DNA of 51,674 bases, the filler included, from Catajapyx aquilonaris (taxonomy: Eukaryota): the NCBI GenBank assembly GCA_000934665.2. It is 3 parts of 3 records of this genome, joined end to end, with 100 filler letters (N's around TTAATTAATTAA, not from the genome) between each part and the next. Parts side by side here need not be neighbours in the genome. Positions count along the whole stretch, not along the records: positions 17,266 to 34,428 come from JYFJ02007015.1; positions 34,529 to 51,674 come from JYFJ02007016.1; 1 more part is not named here. One strand, written 5' to 3'. Of this stretch, positions 22,724-35,229 are shown one piece after another; position 1 is the first letter of the stretch; each line of letters opens with the position of its first letter. The notes beneath the pieces were generated by a model. It was not told where the DNA came from and ran no database searches. It worked only from the letters and a program-made list of their open reading frames with translations. The position numbers and the translations under genes are program-made.

Positions 22724-25700
22724 ATGGTGGGCACACGGAGGTCGTCAAGGTTGAGGTCCATGGAGGACAACAAGGAAGCGAAGAGGCAGAGGCTGGAAGA
22801 TGGTGGGGATGACCAAGGTGACCCTGGAGGGGCACAGGCTGCACCAGAACAGCAGGAGGTAAACAATGATGAAAATGGAAGGCTGCAGAGATTTGAAACA
22901 CTCCCTTCATAATAATCAGTGCCAGAAGACATCGTGAGACACTCCTTTTTTTTTTCAGCGCTACAAGAAGCTTCCTACAGAAATTTGGCTTCACGTGTTT
23001 TCCTTCTTGCCTGCACACTCTCTGCTGCAGGGAGCTGCCCTCGTCTGCAAAGAATGGAAAGAAATGGCCATGACGCTGAAGAAGCACTTGCAGGAAGTCA
23101 AGTTTGTTCTCGGGAGTGCTCCTTCTCGAGCGACTGCATCCAGAGCATGCAGGTTGATCCGCAGCATGCCTAAACTTAAGATAGTCAGGCTTCATCACTG
23201 GTTCTACGCAGTGGATGTGGTTTTGAGGACAGTTGCCAAGAAGCTTCCAGGCTTAGAAGTGCTTGATTTGTGTAATGTCAGGATCTATAACAGCCAGTCC
23301 CTGGAGTTGGTGGCTCAGAGGTGAGTTGTAATGTCATGAATTTTTCCTATTTGGTGACCAGGTTTTATTCACTTTGATTAGAAGTTTCTCCATGACTTTC
23401 ATTACCTTTGCAAGGGAATCAAACTATGCCAGTGGCTTTTAAGAACTAAAATTTGTTTTTAGCCAATAGTTGGAGCAATAATAAAGGGAACAATAATTTT
23501 TGGGTTCACAGGTGTACCTTTGTGTCGTCTCTCGCAGTGAAACCCCCGATGCCCGTAGCCCATAAGGGCGAAAGTCGCGTGCACCCTTCCCCCCTAACCC
23601 AGCTGGGATGGACACTGGAACTGTATGTGACTTTCGCCCTTAGTGGCTGCGGGCATCAGGGGTTTGACCACGGGAAGATCCCGCGGTCAAACCCCTGATG
23701 CCCGCAGCGCAGCAGAAAAGTGAAAATCCCAAGGGTTTTTTCACGGTGTTTTATGAAGTACTAGTAGGAGTATCCACGGCCAAAGTTTTCCAATTTTTTT
23801 TAAATGACACTTTTGGAGATATTTGACCTTGATATTCAATATTTCTCCCGTTTCTGACCTAAGAATTGGCCAGAAGGGCTTGCAACCCCGAATTTATTTC
23901 ATCGCCGCTGGATCCCCTCCCAGTCAGAGTTATTGAAAAAGAAAAAATCCATCCTGTTGTTTCAAGCCCTGTTGATTTTACAGGCATTTGAAAATGGCTA
24001 AATTTATCATTTTGGCGGCTATATATAAGACCATTAATGTCCCAGTTACCCGAGTTTTATCCTATATGTATGCACATATTTATATTTTTTTTATTTTTTC
24101 ATTATTTACCCCGTGATACAACCCTAGGCCGTTATACGGGGGTGGCAGACCACCATACAGTTTTTCTTAATGGTTTATCTTCGAACTCCGGTGCAAGGAA
24201 TACTAGGAAATGGGGTAAAGGTTGGGGGGTTTGGGGAGGGGACGCATGTGCAGGTGCATTGTCCAGTGGTGGGCCAGGTGCAGTCCCCCAGGAGGTCAGG
24301 TTGCCAAGACGCCTCCTTAGGCGCTGGTCACGACCTATTGACGCAAGCGAAAGGTAAGTTCCCGGGTGGGGATTTGAATCCGGGACCTTTTGCATAGCAA
24401 GCCGAGACGTTACCATCTCGGCCACCAGTATGCACATATTCTGAAAGGCCAAGACCTGTACTTTCAGGAAGTGAAAACCAGAACACCCTATCTGGAATAG
24501 ACACCAAATACGAGGACGGCTCAATAAGTAATGCAAATAAGTTAATTTACTCAAAAGTTTAATAGATAGATAAAATTTAAGATATACATAGCGACCTTCC
24601 ACCCTTTGGCTATTTTTCAACATATGAACCGTTGATGTTGATGCATATGTCCCACTGTGGTCCATCGTTAAAGGTGCCATGATTTTAGAGCTCATTTTTT
24701 TTGCCATAAGACCTTTTTACTGGAAATCTGGAACAATGCTGATAGGTAATGTCTTCTCGCTCCTCAAAAAACACAGTCTTCCACCATCTTGAAATGTTCT
24801 TATGGTCCAGGCATGTGTTCCCATACACTTATGTCATATCCATGTGAATTGGGGGGGGGGGGGGGGGGCTTTTNGGGGGGAGTTTTGCCTCATGCCCACA
24901 AAAAAAGCACAGCAGTGCATACACATGAGGAAGCTACGTATATCCATCAGACGATGCTAATTAACCTGTTCTAGCTTGAGCCGTTCTTTGAGCCGTGAGC
25001 ATGTGGAACAGTAGAGGTAGAGGTAGAAGAACAATTTAAGATTGACGGATTACTGTCAGGGACATTGCCTCTATTTTGAACATCAGCATTGGTAGTGCAG
25101 ACACCCATCATCAGACATGAACTGAAACATCAAGGGGGGAAATCTACAGTTCCATCTGCTCACTCCAAGACATTGCATGTCTTCATGTCACTTCTCACAC
25201 TATGACTATGATACAAAATAATGTTGTAGTGGGCTGTACTCCCCCATGTGCCATGGTCCTGATCCCGCCCTCTCTGATTTCCATCTCTTTGGGCCTCTGA
25301 GAACATTTTTGGGAGGGATAAAGTTCTCAAGTAATGAGGAGGTCAACGAAGGTGTTCCACAGGGTGTGCTTTTCCAGCTGAAATATATTTTTTCATGCGG
25401 AATAGAGAAGCTTCCCGAATGACTTGCATTCTCAGTGAATCCATGGACCGAACGCAAGAACAGGCGACATACAACTGTGGGTGTGTTAAAAACTGGGGTT
25501 CTGAGGAACACTCCTACTCTGTCCAGAGTTTGTTCCTGTGACTTGTTGATGGTCATCGCATAGGCCAACTTTATTGGAAATTGCCTTTGACAAAGGTTGA
25601 AAGGGACATTGACATCATCTGCCCTGTTTAGAGTTATCCGGGAGTTATCCATGGAATAAAGTGTTCAGTGCCTTTGAACACACCTGAAATAATAGGGGCG

Positions 25701-28019
25701 GGTGGAACAACAGTGGAGTGGAGGACTTGATGGGCAGGGGGGGACAGGGGCTTTGCCGGCGGGTGTGGAATGAAGGGGCTGCAGGTGGCAGTGGGGAGAG
25801 GGTGATGTGACCCCTTCGGCCGACAGAGAACAAATGGACAGTTTCCCCGGACCCCGGCAACTCAACAGAAGAGTTGTTTACACCCCATTGCGCATGATTA
25901 GAATGCAGGCCAATTGGGAGGTGGTGGTAACAATATGCGGCGGACCAATCAGAGGGCATGATGAAACATTCCCACTACGATTTTAATATTATAGATGCCC
26001 CGAGCATAAGGGTTAATATTGTGGCTTCATAAAAAAAATTATCCTCAGTTATTGTCAGAAGGTTCAGTTGGGTGTGGGTTGCTTTAGGCATGGGGGAGGA
26101 TGTGCCCTGGAGAAAATGAGACCATTGAGCCAGGTGGTATATCTTAATTATTATGTAAGTATTAAGTAAGCCATATGGCCTGGGCCTGAATTATTGCTTC
26201 CTATTTTCTTACTTTTACTTTTTAGAACCAATCACACAAAAGGGGTTCCAATCTTCTCCTTTTGCTAATCTTCTTCCTGGGCAACTGCTAAAACCTAGAG
26301 AATTGCATCCTGTACTTATACAGGGTGGGGAAAAAGTCATGGGCGGATTAAAAAGACCGCAGAATGGCATAAGTAACGAATAATTATATTTAAAAAAAAT
26401 TACACTACACAGAGAAAGATATGCCATTTATGGATCGAGGTCCAAAAAAAGTGACTTTTTGAAAACAACACCGGATAGATGTCCACCTATGCGGGCAACA
26501 CATTATTCCTCCCAAGTGCCCGACAAAACCCTTCATAACGTGCTCCAGCATGTCCAGGGGAATGTTTCTCATGGCGTGTCTTATCTGATCAGCCAATGAC
26601 TGAGGACATGTGGCGAACACCAAACAAATTAAAAATCAAGTGTTTCCTGGGCGGGTCATTTCGAGATTTGGGGACATTTCATGGCAGCCGCGGTCGCCGG
26701 ATTCGACCACCCCCGACTTCTTCTTATGGGGGTACCTGAAGAGTTTGGTGTTCGCCACATGTTCTCAGTCATTGGCTGATCAGATAAGATCTGATTGAGG
26801 ATCAGATAAGACAAGCCATGAGAAACATTCCCCTGGACATACTGGAACGCGTTATGAAGAGTTTTGTCCGGCGCTTGGAGGAATAATGTGTTGCCCGCAA
26901 AGGTGGACATCTGTCCGGCGTTGTTTTCAAAAAGTGACTTTTTTGGACCTCGATCCATAAATGGCATATCTTTCTCTGTGCAGTGTAATTTTTTAAAAAT
27001 ATAATTGTTCGTTACTTACGCCATGCTGCATTTTTTAAATCCGCCCATGACTTTTGCCCCACCCTGTATTCCAAACTTGCTCTTGTTTTATTATTTAAGG
27101 TGGGTTTTATTTCCATTTGTGGTTATTATTAATTTGTGATGGTTATTTTTGAGGTGTTAATTACTTGGGAAATGCAGCAAGGATGGGATTTTCCAACCAC
27201 ATATTAAGACAATTTGTTATTTGTTTTTCCACCTACAGTTGCCAGTCCCTTAGAGAAGTTCGACTTGATGAGAGTTCTTGCTTCAGATCCAAGTATCCTC
27301 GTCACATCCTGGATACATTTTCCATCTGCCCCAAACTGAAGAAGTTTATAGTGGAGGGATACTACTCATTGGGTGTGCAGCCCATAGACAAACTCATTGT
27401 GAGGAAATGGCCAAAGCTCACTGATGTTGAATTTGACATTTTTTCGTCAATTCAAAATGCAATATCCATGAAGATTGTGATTGACACAGTAGGAGATCAG
27501 CTGCGTCGACTTAAAGTAGGTCACATGAGTCATGTGGACAATGCCGGGCATGACCCATACCTTGCCATTGGACAGTGCCACCAGTTGGAAGAGTTCATTA
27601 TTTGTAGGGCATGTGAGGTGACGAAGATGACCCTTGTAGAGGTGATTGGCAACCTGCCACACCTGCACAGACTGGAACTGGGCTGGGTGTATCCTGATGA
27701 CACTGGGAAGTTGCTGTCCTTTTTTTCCCTAGCACAAGCAGCCAGTCGCCTAGAGAGCCTTCAGTTGCACATGTGCAATGGTCTGACAGACCACCTTATG
27801 TCGGCCATAGCCTCCAGGTGCTTGGAGCTGACTCAAGTGACTTTCTACAATTGTGCAGGTTTTACCTACACTGGCTTTTACAAGGTGATCTCTCAATGCA
27901 AAAAATTGAAGACTGTCAGAGTCCAAGGGGGCCGTAATATCTTGATTGATCCAGCTTGTTACAAGAAGGTGCAAGAGCTTAATCCAAATGTTGTGTTAAC
28001 AACTACAGAACAGTGTTAA
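22724..28019 (+). CDS. F-box/leucine-rich-repeat protein (FBXL-like), about 425 aa
   Basis: Exons 22724-22858, 22959-23320 and 27239-28019, with GT..AG introns in compatible phases (0, then 2). F-box: [26 protein letters not shown]. Cys-containing LRRs: [65 protein letters not shown] signals lie downstream near 28117 and 28364. Confidence 0.9.
24081..24427 (-). mobile_element. tRNA-derived SINE in the F-box gene intron
   Basis: Minus-strand head tggccgagatgg..ggattcaaatcc and an A-rich tail. 13-bp TSD gtatgcacatatt at 24068-24080 and 24428-24440. The 3' end is related to the other SINE copies. Confidence 0.88.
24511..24830 (-). mobile_element. Internally deleted mariner remnant
   Basis: TA|cgaggacggctcaataagtaatgca resembles a mariner TIR. 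The minus strand encodes [21 protein letters not shown], like a mariner HTH region. Confidence 0.55.
25150..25425 (+). pseudogene. Mariner transposase C-terminal remnant
   Basis: Frameshifted [52 protein letters not shown], matching the mariner HDNARPH and YSPDLAPSDFHLF motifs. Confidence 0.75.
25445..25652 (-). pseudogene. PIF1-like helicase fragment (Helitron Rep/Hel C-terminus)
   Basis: [42 protein letters not shown], then after a frameshift QLYVACS. These are PIF1 motifs V/VI in the form seen in Helitrons. Confidence 0.85.
26321..27066. mobile_element. Tc1/mariner foldback element with about 300-bp inverted arms
   Basis: TA|cagggtgggg...ccccaccctg|TA. Arms about 26321-26621 and 26747-27066. 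The centre encodes [37 protein letters not shown] (Tc1/mariner WPxRSPDL..DFFLWG motif). Confidence 0.92.
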
Positions 28020-28198
28020 GAGGCTCTGATGTGTTGTTTATCTGGTGTTTGGGATGGCAGCCCCGGGAAATCAAGACTTTTGCAGAATTTGAGATGGGAA
28101 CACCGAGCTTGTGCAAAATAAATGTGGTTTTGGGTTCCAAATTTCTAGAGTTTTTATTAAAACCAGGATGGTGCAATATTAGCTTAAAACTTTACCAC

Positions 28199-28816
28199 AC
28201 TGTACACCCTATTATTCAGGCTAATGGCTGCACGGGTGTTGCTGGATAATCGGAAAACATGAATAATCGGAAAATTGCCCTAGACATAGCAAGAAATTAA
28301 GCTATTCACAGCTTTTTGATGTACTACTGTAATAGAGAGTATGCTCCTTGATTTAATCAAAATAATAAAACTTGTCTGAGATTTTTACTTTGTCTGATAG
28401 AAAAAAGTAGCCTATGTAACATTTCATCGTCGACAAGACATTTACATTGGGTGGAATTTTCGTCCCACTGCTAGTTACTGCTAACTTACCAGGACAAGTG
28501 TTGGCACTGGTATACTGACACATAGTTAGCAGAATCTAGCAGTTGGACAAAAAGTCGAACATTTTTGTCTGACTTTAATTTTAAATGTTATTTTTTGCCG
28601 AAGCATGGATAATCCGCACTCTGATAATCGGGAGTACAGTGCATTCCAAACAATACAAGTTGCATATAGAGCTATATGGGTTGAATATACATCTTAAAGC
28701 TGTCCGGTGCCTATCATACATCGTGGTGTTCCTGACGTGGGATCGTGGGACACTACAAAGTTTTATTTTTTGTCGATGCATGGATAATCCGCACCCGGAT
28801 AATCAGGGGTACAGTT
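28199..28816. mobile_element. pogo/Tigger-like MITE with duplicated right end
   Basis: actgtacaccctattattc on the left. ggataatccgcac..gataatc.ggg.gtacagt ends at both about 28640 and about 28816. Repeated ataatc motifs. Confidence 0.5.
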
Positions 28817-29087
28817 GTGAAATTTTGCAAACAGTAGATAGTTTTTCAAAACCTTGAGATTAACAATGCATGAAACCTGGTGCAATTCATAATATTTATA
28901 CCCATGAACATGCCAGTACTTTATTTACCAAATGGAAAATTACGTTCATTGATTTACCCATTCCCTTACCCTTACTTCATTTCATTACCTCAAGTCTGCC
29001 CTTCTCTCAGGGAAGTTGTGACTACAGATAAGAATAATAGAGAAATGAATGTGTCAGCCTGTCGTATAGTTTATTATGAACTGTTAA

Positions 29088-29312
29088 CCCGTAACGGGTG
29101 ACCTGGGGTCTTTTAAGACCCCAGGTGCAATTTTTTTGTTAGAAAATGTTTAATTTTAATATCAAGGAAAAGATTTTTTTTTCGTAAATTTCAGTTGAAC
29201 CTTTCTCAACATATATTCGATTTAATTTTTTTTTTTAAGTCACACAAAACCGCTAAAATCAATGAATTACCCACCGAGGTGTCACCTGGGGTCTTAAAAA
29301 GACCCCAGGTCA
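29088..29312. mobile_element. piggyBac-like terminus
   Basis: TTAA|CCC start, then two copies of the palindrome acctggggtctt...aagaccccaggt (about 29101 and about 29285). The partner end was not found. Confidence 0.5.
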
Positions 29313-32300
29313 CCAGTTGAGTAACATTTTTCAGGAATTAGAAAAATATGATCCGGAGAATTTTCGTGAAGGACACTGTCTAACTGAAAACGCAAAAAAG
29401 GTATCAAAAAAAAATAGGCCCATTGTGTTATGCATTAAACTGGGGTATCTGATTTCACAGGATCTTGATGCAACATGTAGCCAGGCATTTGACCATAAGG
29501 TCATAGCCACTGCAGCTGGGAGGGTGGGGGGTGGGAAGGGAGCCACCCACTCCCCCCTTCTTGGCCTTGCCTCTCTCTTGTGTCTAAACCTGGCTGTGAG
29601 AGAGGATGTGCCCCCACATCTGCAGCCATACGACCGTCCCTACTTGACAGAGACCTGGAATGCACAGAAGGTGAGCGCAGATGTGATACTAATCAAAATC
29701 AGGTTATTTAAAGGTGGCCGCAATATGCCATCCCATTGCAATAGTTAATTAGCAATCTAGATAATCGTACTATATTTCTTGCCAAAATCCCTGTTTGACT
29801 CTCAAATGCACTTGGGCAGATATGATACTGTTATTTATTGGTCTTCCCAGGTGCTACTGGGCCTTGGAAGTATGAGGTCAAAATTCTAAACCAGCCGTGA
29901 TCAGCAAGGACGTTACATGCGAAATGAGAATAATGTGTGGCATCCATCAGTGTCATCATTTAGCTCTGCACAATGCAGCGAAAGAATAATGGTGACAATA
30001 ATTATGTTGTGGCTACACCATAATGGGAATTAAAAGAAGTGAAGACCAATGATCAAATGTGTTCATTTTTAGATGAATCAAGGCCATAAAAATCAGCGTA
30101 AACCCATCCAGTATAAAGGACCTTCAAGAATGGGGACTATTTGACTGACATTGTGCGGCAACAGTCTAATGGTAATGTGACCCATCCCACCTGCGCACAC
30201 CCCTATCAGCCAATCGCTGCCTCTCGACCTGCCCCTCCATTCAACCCAATTTGGATAAGAGCCCAGCTCATCAGTCTTCACTCTTCAGGCCAGGACTGTA
30301 TTGGACAGGACCGTATCTTCACATAGGAATTCATATCATTTTATGGCTACCTGTGTTGCACATTACGAGTATTTAACCCCTGTGTTGTGGATCTGTGGTT
30401 GGACATGTGCATGTTGCGGCTGTGTGGTTTTATTTGCCTTGAGGCCTCCAGGCGTGAGAGAGATGGCTGGTGGTGGTTGAACAAAGCATGGTTTGTGTTG
30501 TTCACATGCTGCTTAGGGTGAACAACAACCAGTAGGCAAACTGGGCTCGCCATTGGTATTGCACTCCACCCACCCCATTTGACTGATTCTTACTGCCTTG
30601 TCTAATGTCTTCTAATTTCAATGGTTGCAGGATGATACTGAAGAAGACGTGGTGGTTGGCGTTCTTGATTATTGATGGAGATGTGAGGAGAATGTGGTGG
30701 TGGTTTGCAGTTTGAACTAATGCGGATGAATTTCAGGTGGATGGCCGCATCGGACTGTTCGGGAAGAAATGCCTGCGAGGTCTGGATCCACCAAAACTGA
30801 AGGCAAGACAGGACACCACTTGCACCTGATGCTGGAACCAAGTGGCGGATGGCAACAGATGGGAGCCATATAGAATGTCTGCAGCTTCAGCCAGCGTGGG
30901 GACAATATTGTGAGAATGTGGTTGCGATGCTGACTTCGGACTTATGTGACTGACTTTCCAGCTTATTAGGGGCAAGTTGAGAGGGCATGAAGCATTCAAT
31001 GTATGGTTTGCTGCACCCACTTCACGTGTTCCTTCACATACCCCAAGGCATAACAGATCCCTCTCTGAAAGGAATGCCCTTCTTCCCCCTAAGCACCAGC
31101 CTTCTCCAAAAACTATGGGAAGTGAAAGGGACTATCGAAACCTGGACTTGTCTCATGACGATTGTGTTTCAGAAAATAGTTCAGCTGCAAGAATCCCAGC
31201 TGGAGGATGATGGTCCAGTTTCCTCCCTGCACTTGCCTCGTCCACAGTTGCTCTCTACAAGAGAAGTTTGGATACAGATTCAGTGAAGGTAATTATTGAA
31301 CTTTCAAATTTGCCCAATCAGACTGTTCTTAGGTAATGGTGCATTCCAATGGGGAAGGTGTATAAGTTGTATAAATATTTTTTTGTTTTACTAATGGTCC
31401 AGACAACAACCGTAATGGGGAGGAATACCAATGTGAGCCCTGCAACATCTCAACCAAAAGTGATGTACTGATGGAAACATGAGGCTGAGGCAACAGTCTC
31501 CAGACAACTCCCCAACCTGGAGGCATCACGGGAGTAGCTCCAGATAACTGCAGGGAAAGACCATGGCGGATGCACCTGTATATGGTTCAAGCCTGGCCAG
31601 CCAAGAGGTCTGATAGCGACGCATCACACTTTCACCACACTTTAGATAGTGAAGGATTGTGTATGACCTGCTGGAGACAAGTTGGATTGCAATGACTGCT
31701 TTCCGCTGACTGAGCCGGAGACCAGTTACGTCACAGTCTAAATGGGATTTCGACAAGGTATATTCATTTCGAGTTCTGGGACTTTGCATTACATTTCCTT
31801 CATTGGTAGTGAGATTCTAATTCGAATGTTGTTTATAAAACTTATGATGCGGAAGAGGAGCAGCACTTGAAGACAGGAGGGATCGTCTGCACCCTTCCAT
31901 CTTCAGTGGACGTTCCAGTCATCCAGCAGATGAAGAGGACCCAGCACTTTACATCTGGAGGACAAGGATGCTGCGAATGATCTACCTAATTAGGGACAGT
32001 AAATTATGATGATCTATGTACATCCCATCCCTCCCTCGTCTCCCACTTCCCGGCATGTTATTTTGTCACTAACAACTTGTATGTTTAACATGTTGTTCTG
32101 CACTTGCATTTCTTTTTAACCAACCTGTAGGCATGACTGGAGTAGCTCTGTTGTGACAAGGGGGGCATTTGGGGTTATCCCTTACTTATTAATATTTTAT
32201 GATAATTTGTTTCAGGATTACGGCAACTCGGATGTAGGCTGTCGACCAGCACTGCTACATGGCAACCCTCTCCAGATGACTTCATTGAAGGACAACTTGG

Positions 32301-34428
32301 AACATGGGAACAAGGACTTGGTTTTTGAGGACTGGATCAGGCATGGGACTTCAATAACTGCAGGGAAAGAGCATGGAGGATGGACTCATTGCCTGTGGTT
32401 CAAGCCAAGGAGTCTGACAGCAAGAGTGTTAGGGTGAGTGGTCGTTTAAAGCCCATAAGTAAACACCTTTGAAGAGTGAGGGGTTCCCTCCTTTCCAGTT
32501 TCACAGTGCAAGTGTAGTGCACAATGCAAAACCACTGCATTCGATTGGGTTGCAAGGGACTGCAGGTTACCCCAATGGCTGTTCTCGGCTGACGTTCAAC
32601 AGGCTGAAAATGCCTATAATACCAGCCGTCAGGTTGCGTCCACCAGGTGCCCTTCTCCAGCTCTCTTATGCGTTGGTTTTGTGTCAATTTGCTCTGCATG
32701 TAAAAGGCTGATGAATTTGGAGGGAAGAGTACGCCTCCATATAGTACTTCTTGCACTGCAGATAATTCAGGAATTGTCAATTGATTTTAATGGAAGTGGA
32801 AGGTGCGGAGTTGGGGGGAACGGTAGGGTGCAATTTTCTTCTTTACAGGAAGGGTGAAGCTGGCTGGAAAGGTCAAGGGTCACTGTGCCATCCACACCTG
32901 ATGGCTAATGTGGATCGGGATGCCTGCGAGCGAGCCATGGTGGTCTGGAGCTGCGATCCAGCCAAGCCAACAGTGGGTCTACAGAGTCCATGCGCTGGGA
33001 AGAACTGGTGGCGTTTTTTCTCTCCATTGTAATGGAAGGTTGCAAGCATTTGCACAGTGACTGTACTCGTATGCCTTGAGTTATTGTGGCTTGGCACATA
33101 ATTTTAGTAATTGCATTATTTTTTACATATGGTGTGCTATTACGTTGGGGACGTTGATGGTCCGGCTCGTCTATGCGGCCAATTTGCTGCTGCCTTCATG
33201 GGAGCCTGCCGTTGAGACAGCTTTCAAACAACCAGCAACGGCACTCTGAAACATTCCTACATCACCTGAGGTCACCAGTCTTTCTTCACCCCATCCAAGA
33301 TCACGATATTTTGGGGCCATTACAAATGAGAACTGGTGAGCAAGTGTCACATTTATCAGCCTAGCCACAGCTAATTAGGAATTTGCCTAATGATGTCATG
33401 ATTACAAGAACGTGTGGATTTGTATTTGTTAATTCCCGTGTGCCACTCTTAATTTCTTTCAATGAGGGGACATGGATGGCAGGCATCCTAACTGGACAGA
33501 CCCAAGAGGAAGTGTGGCTTCACCTCAGCCTCGTTCAGATGGAGGAATGTCAACTGTCGCAAGAGCATTACAACTAGTACCTGACTAGTTCGCCATTGAA
33601 TGTAATGTGACTTGCTCCCCTTAGGTCATCACACAGCCAGCAGGATCATCTCCGGGAGTCTGCTCACTGCTTGCCACATTATTTGATGCATTGATTCCTT
33701 GGTTATTGTGTATGCCATCAACCTTTGTTGCAATGCTACATGTTTTGCTGTATGTAGGGCTACTTGTGCATGTATATGTGGTTGTGACTAACTATATGCA
33801 CTATTGTTGCACCAATTGTTTTTGAATAACTTGATGGCCATGTCTGAGTGATTCATATGATCTAATGGGTATGTTCGGAGCCGTTTCAGGTGACTACTTG
33901 CTTGAACGGACAGTCACATACCTTGTGGATTTCTGATTGAAGGGTGCAATACATTACAGCATGGCATATTAGGAAATATTTAATGTACCATACATTATTT
34001 TCCCATCTAGGGTCTTGCTGACGTGGACCGCAATTTAACCAGCTGAATCGACTGGCTAATACGTCGTACGAAGCATAGCAGGAGATGTGGTAACCAGCTC
34101 ATTTCACACCTGATGTCCATCCCATACATGATGATCATGTCATCAACCTCGCAAACACAACAGCAGCCATGGTGTCTCCAGAGTGAGACGGAGGCCATTC
34201 AGGGTTTTCTTTTGCCGAAAATAATTTCATAATCATCTGTTTCAGGAATATGGCAGCTCAGATGTAGGCTGTGGACCAGGACTGCTCCATGGCAACCCTC
34301 TCTCCAGGTGACGGCAAAGGAAAATTTGGAAGACGGCAAGGATTTCCAGTCTGGTGCCCTCTGCTGCTCATAGGTGCAAATGAAAAGGTCAAGTGATTGG
34401 TGTTGCCACATTTCCCCAATTATGTACA

Positions 34429-34528
34429 NNNNNNNNNNNNNNNNNNNNNNNNNNNNNNNNNNNNNNNNNNNNTTAATTAATTAANNNNNNNNNNNNNNNN
34501 NNNNNNNNNNNNNNNNNNNNNNNNNNNN
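34429..34528. other. Artificial contig spacer
   Basis: Identical to 17166-17265. Confidence 0.97.
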
Positions 34529-34949
34529 TTATGCAGGAGGCCCCTGCCGTTTCCTGGCGAGCATGATAAAGATGCATGGATGAAGTTGCCGACCTTATTC
34601 CGTTTCAGCTGAATTGAGAGTAGATTATTGCATTCCAATGAAGGTCACTACAGAAACTTGACCGAATCTACCTTGCTCTAGTGGAGGGGGAAAATGCGCG
34701 TTGCCTGCCAACAATAGGCTCGAGCAAAAGGGGTTCTGACAGGAGGATCTGCAATGTACTGTACAGTGGAAGTGTGGTGAATGGCTCAGACAGTAACAAG
34801 TTTAGTAGTTCTTTCAATTAAGAGGATTGTTGTGAGGCTATTGATTCGATGTACACTGTGTTACAAAGTGCAAACTTATAACAAGGAAAGTAGGGGTCGA
34901 AAGCATGATGATGTGAGAACGGCATTTTCTAAAGGTTATTTAGTATATA

Positions 34950-35229
34950 GTTTATTTACTATACCGTGATATGGCCCGAGGCCCTCTTGGGGGGAGGGGG
35001 TGGAATACCACCATAGGGTGACTGGGAGGGGATGTGCAAGTGCAATGTCGTTGCTTGATCATTTTGTGAACTCCCTCGGGTGGATTAGTCTATCGGAGAT
35101 TCCACCCGAGACGAAGCTAGAGATGGCCCAACTCTGCACGAGATGAAGTGGGAACCCCGGGCCCGGATCGAACCAGGGACCTTAACATCCGTGGGCGCAT
35201 ACGTTACCGCAGCGCCACTCCGTCTCCCC
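34950..35229 (-). mobile_element. tRNA-derived SINE, same family as 13163-13504
   Basis: Head ggggagacggagtggcgctgcggtaacg..ggttcgatcc and body gtgcagagttgggccatctct..gatagactaa are shared with the GR-intron copy. No clear TSD. Confidence 0.85.

Noticed and set aside
17266..28019. Functional linkage of ZnF-MULE or F-box genes with the chemoreceptor cluster
   Set aside because: They are separated by an artificial spacer, so adjacency is not evidence.
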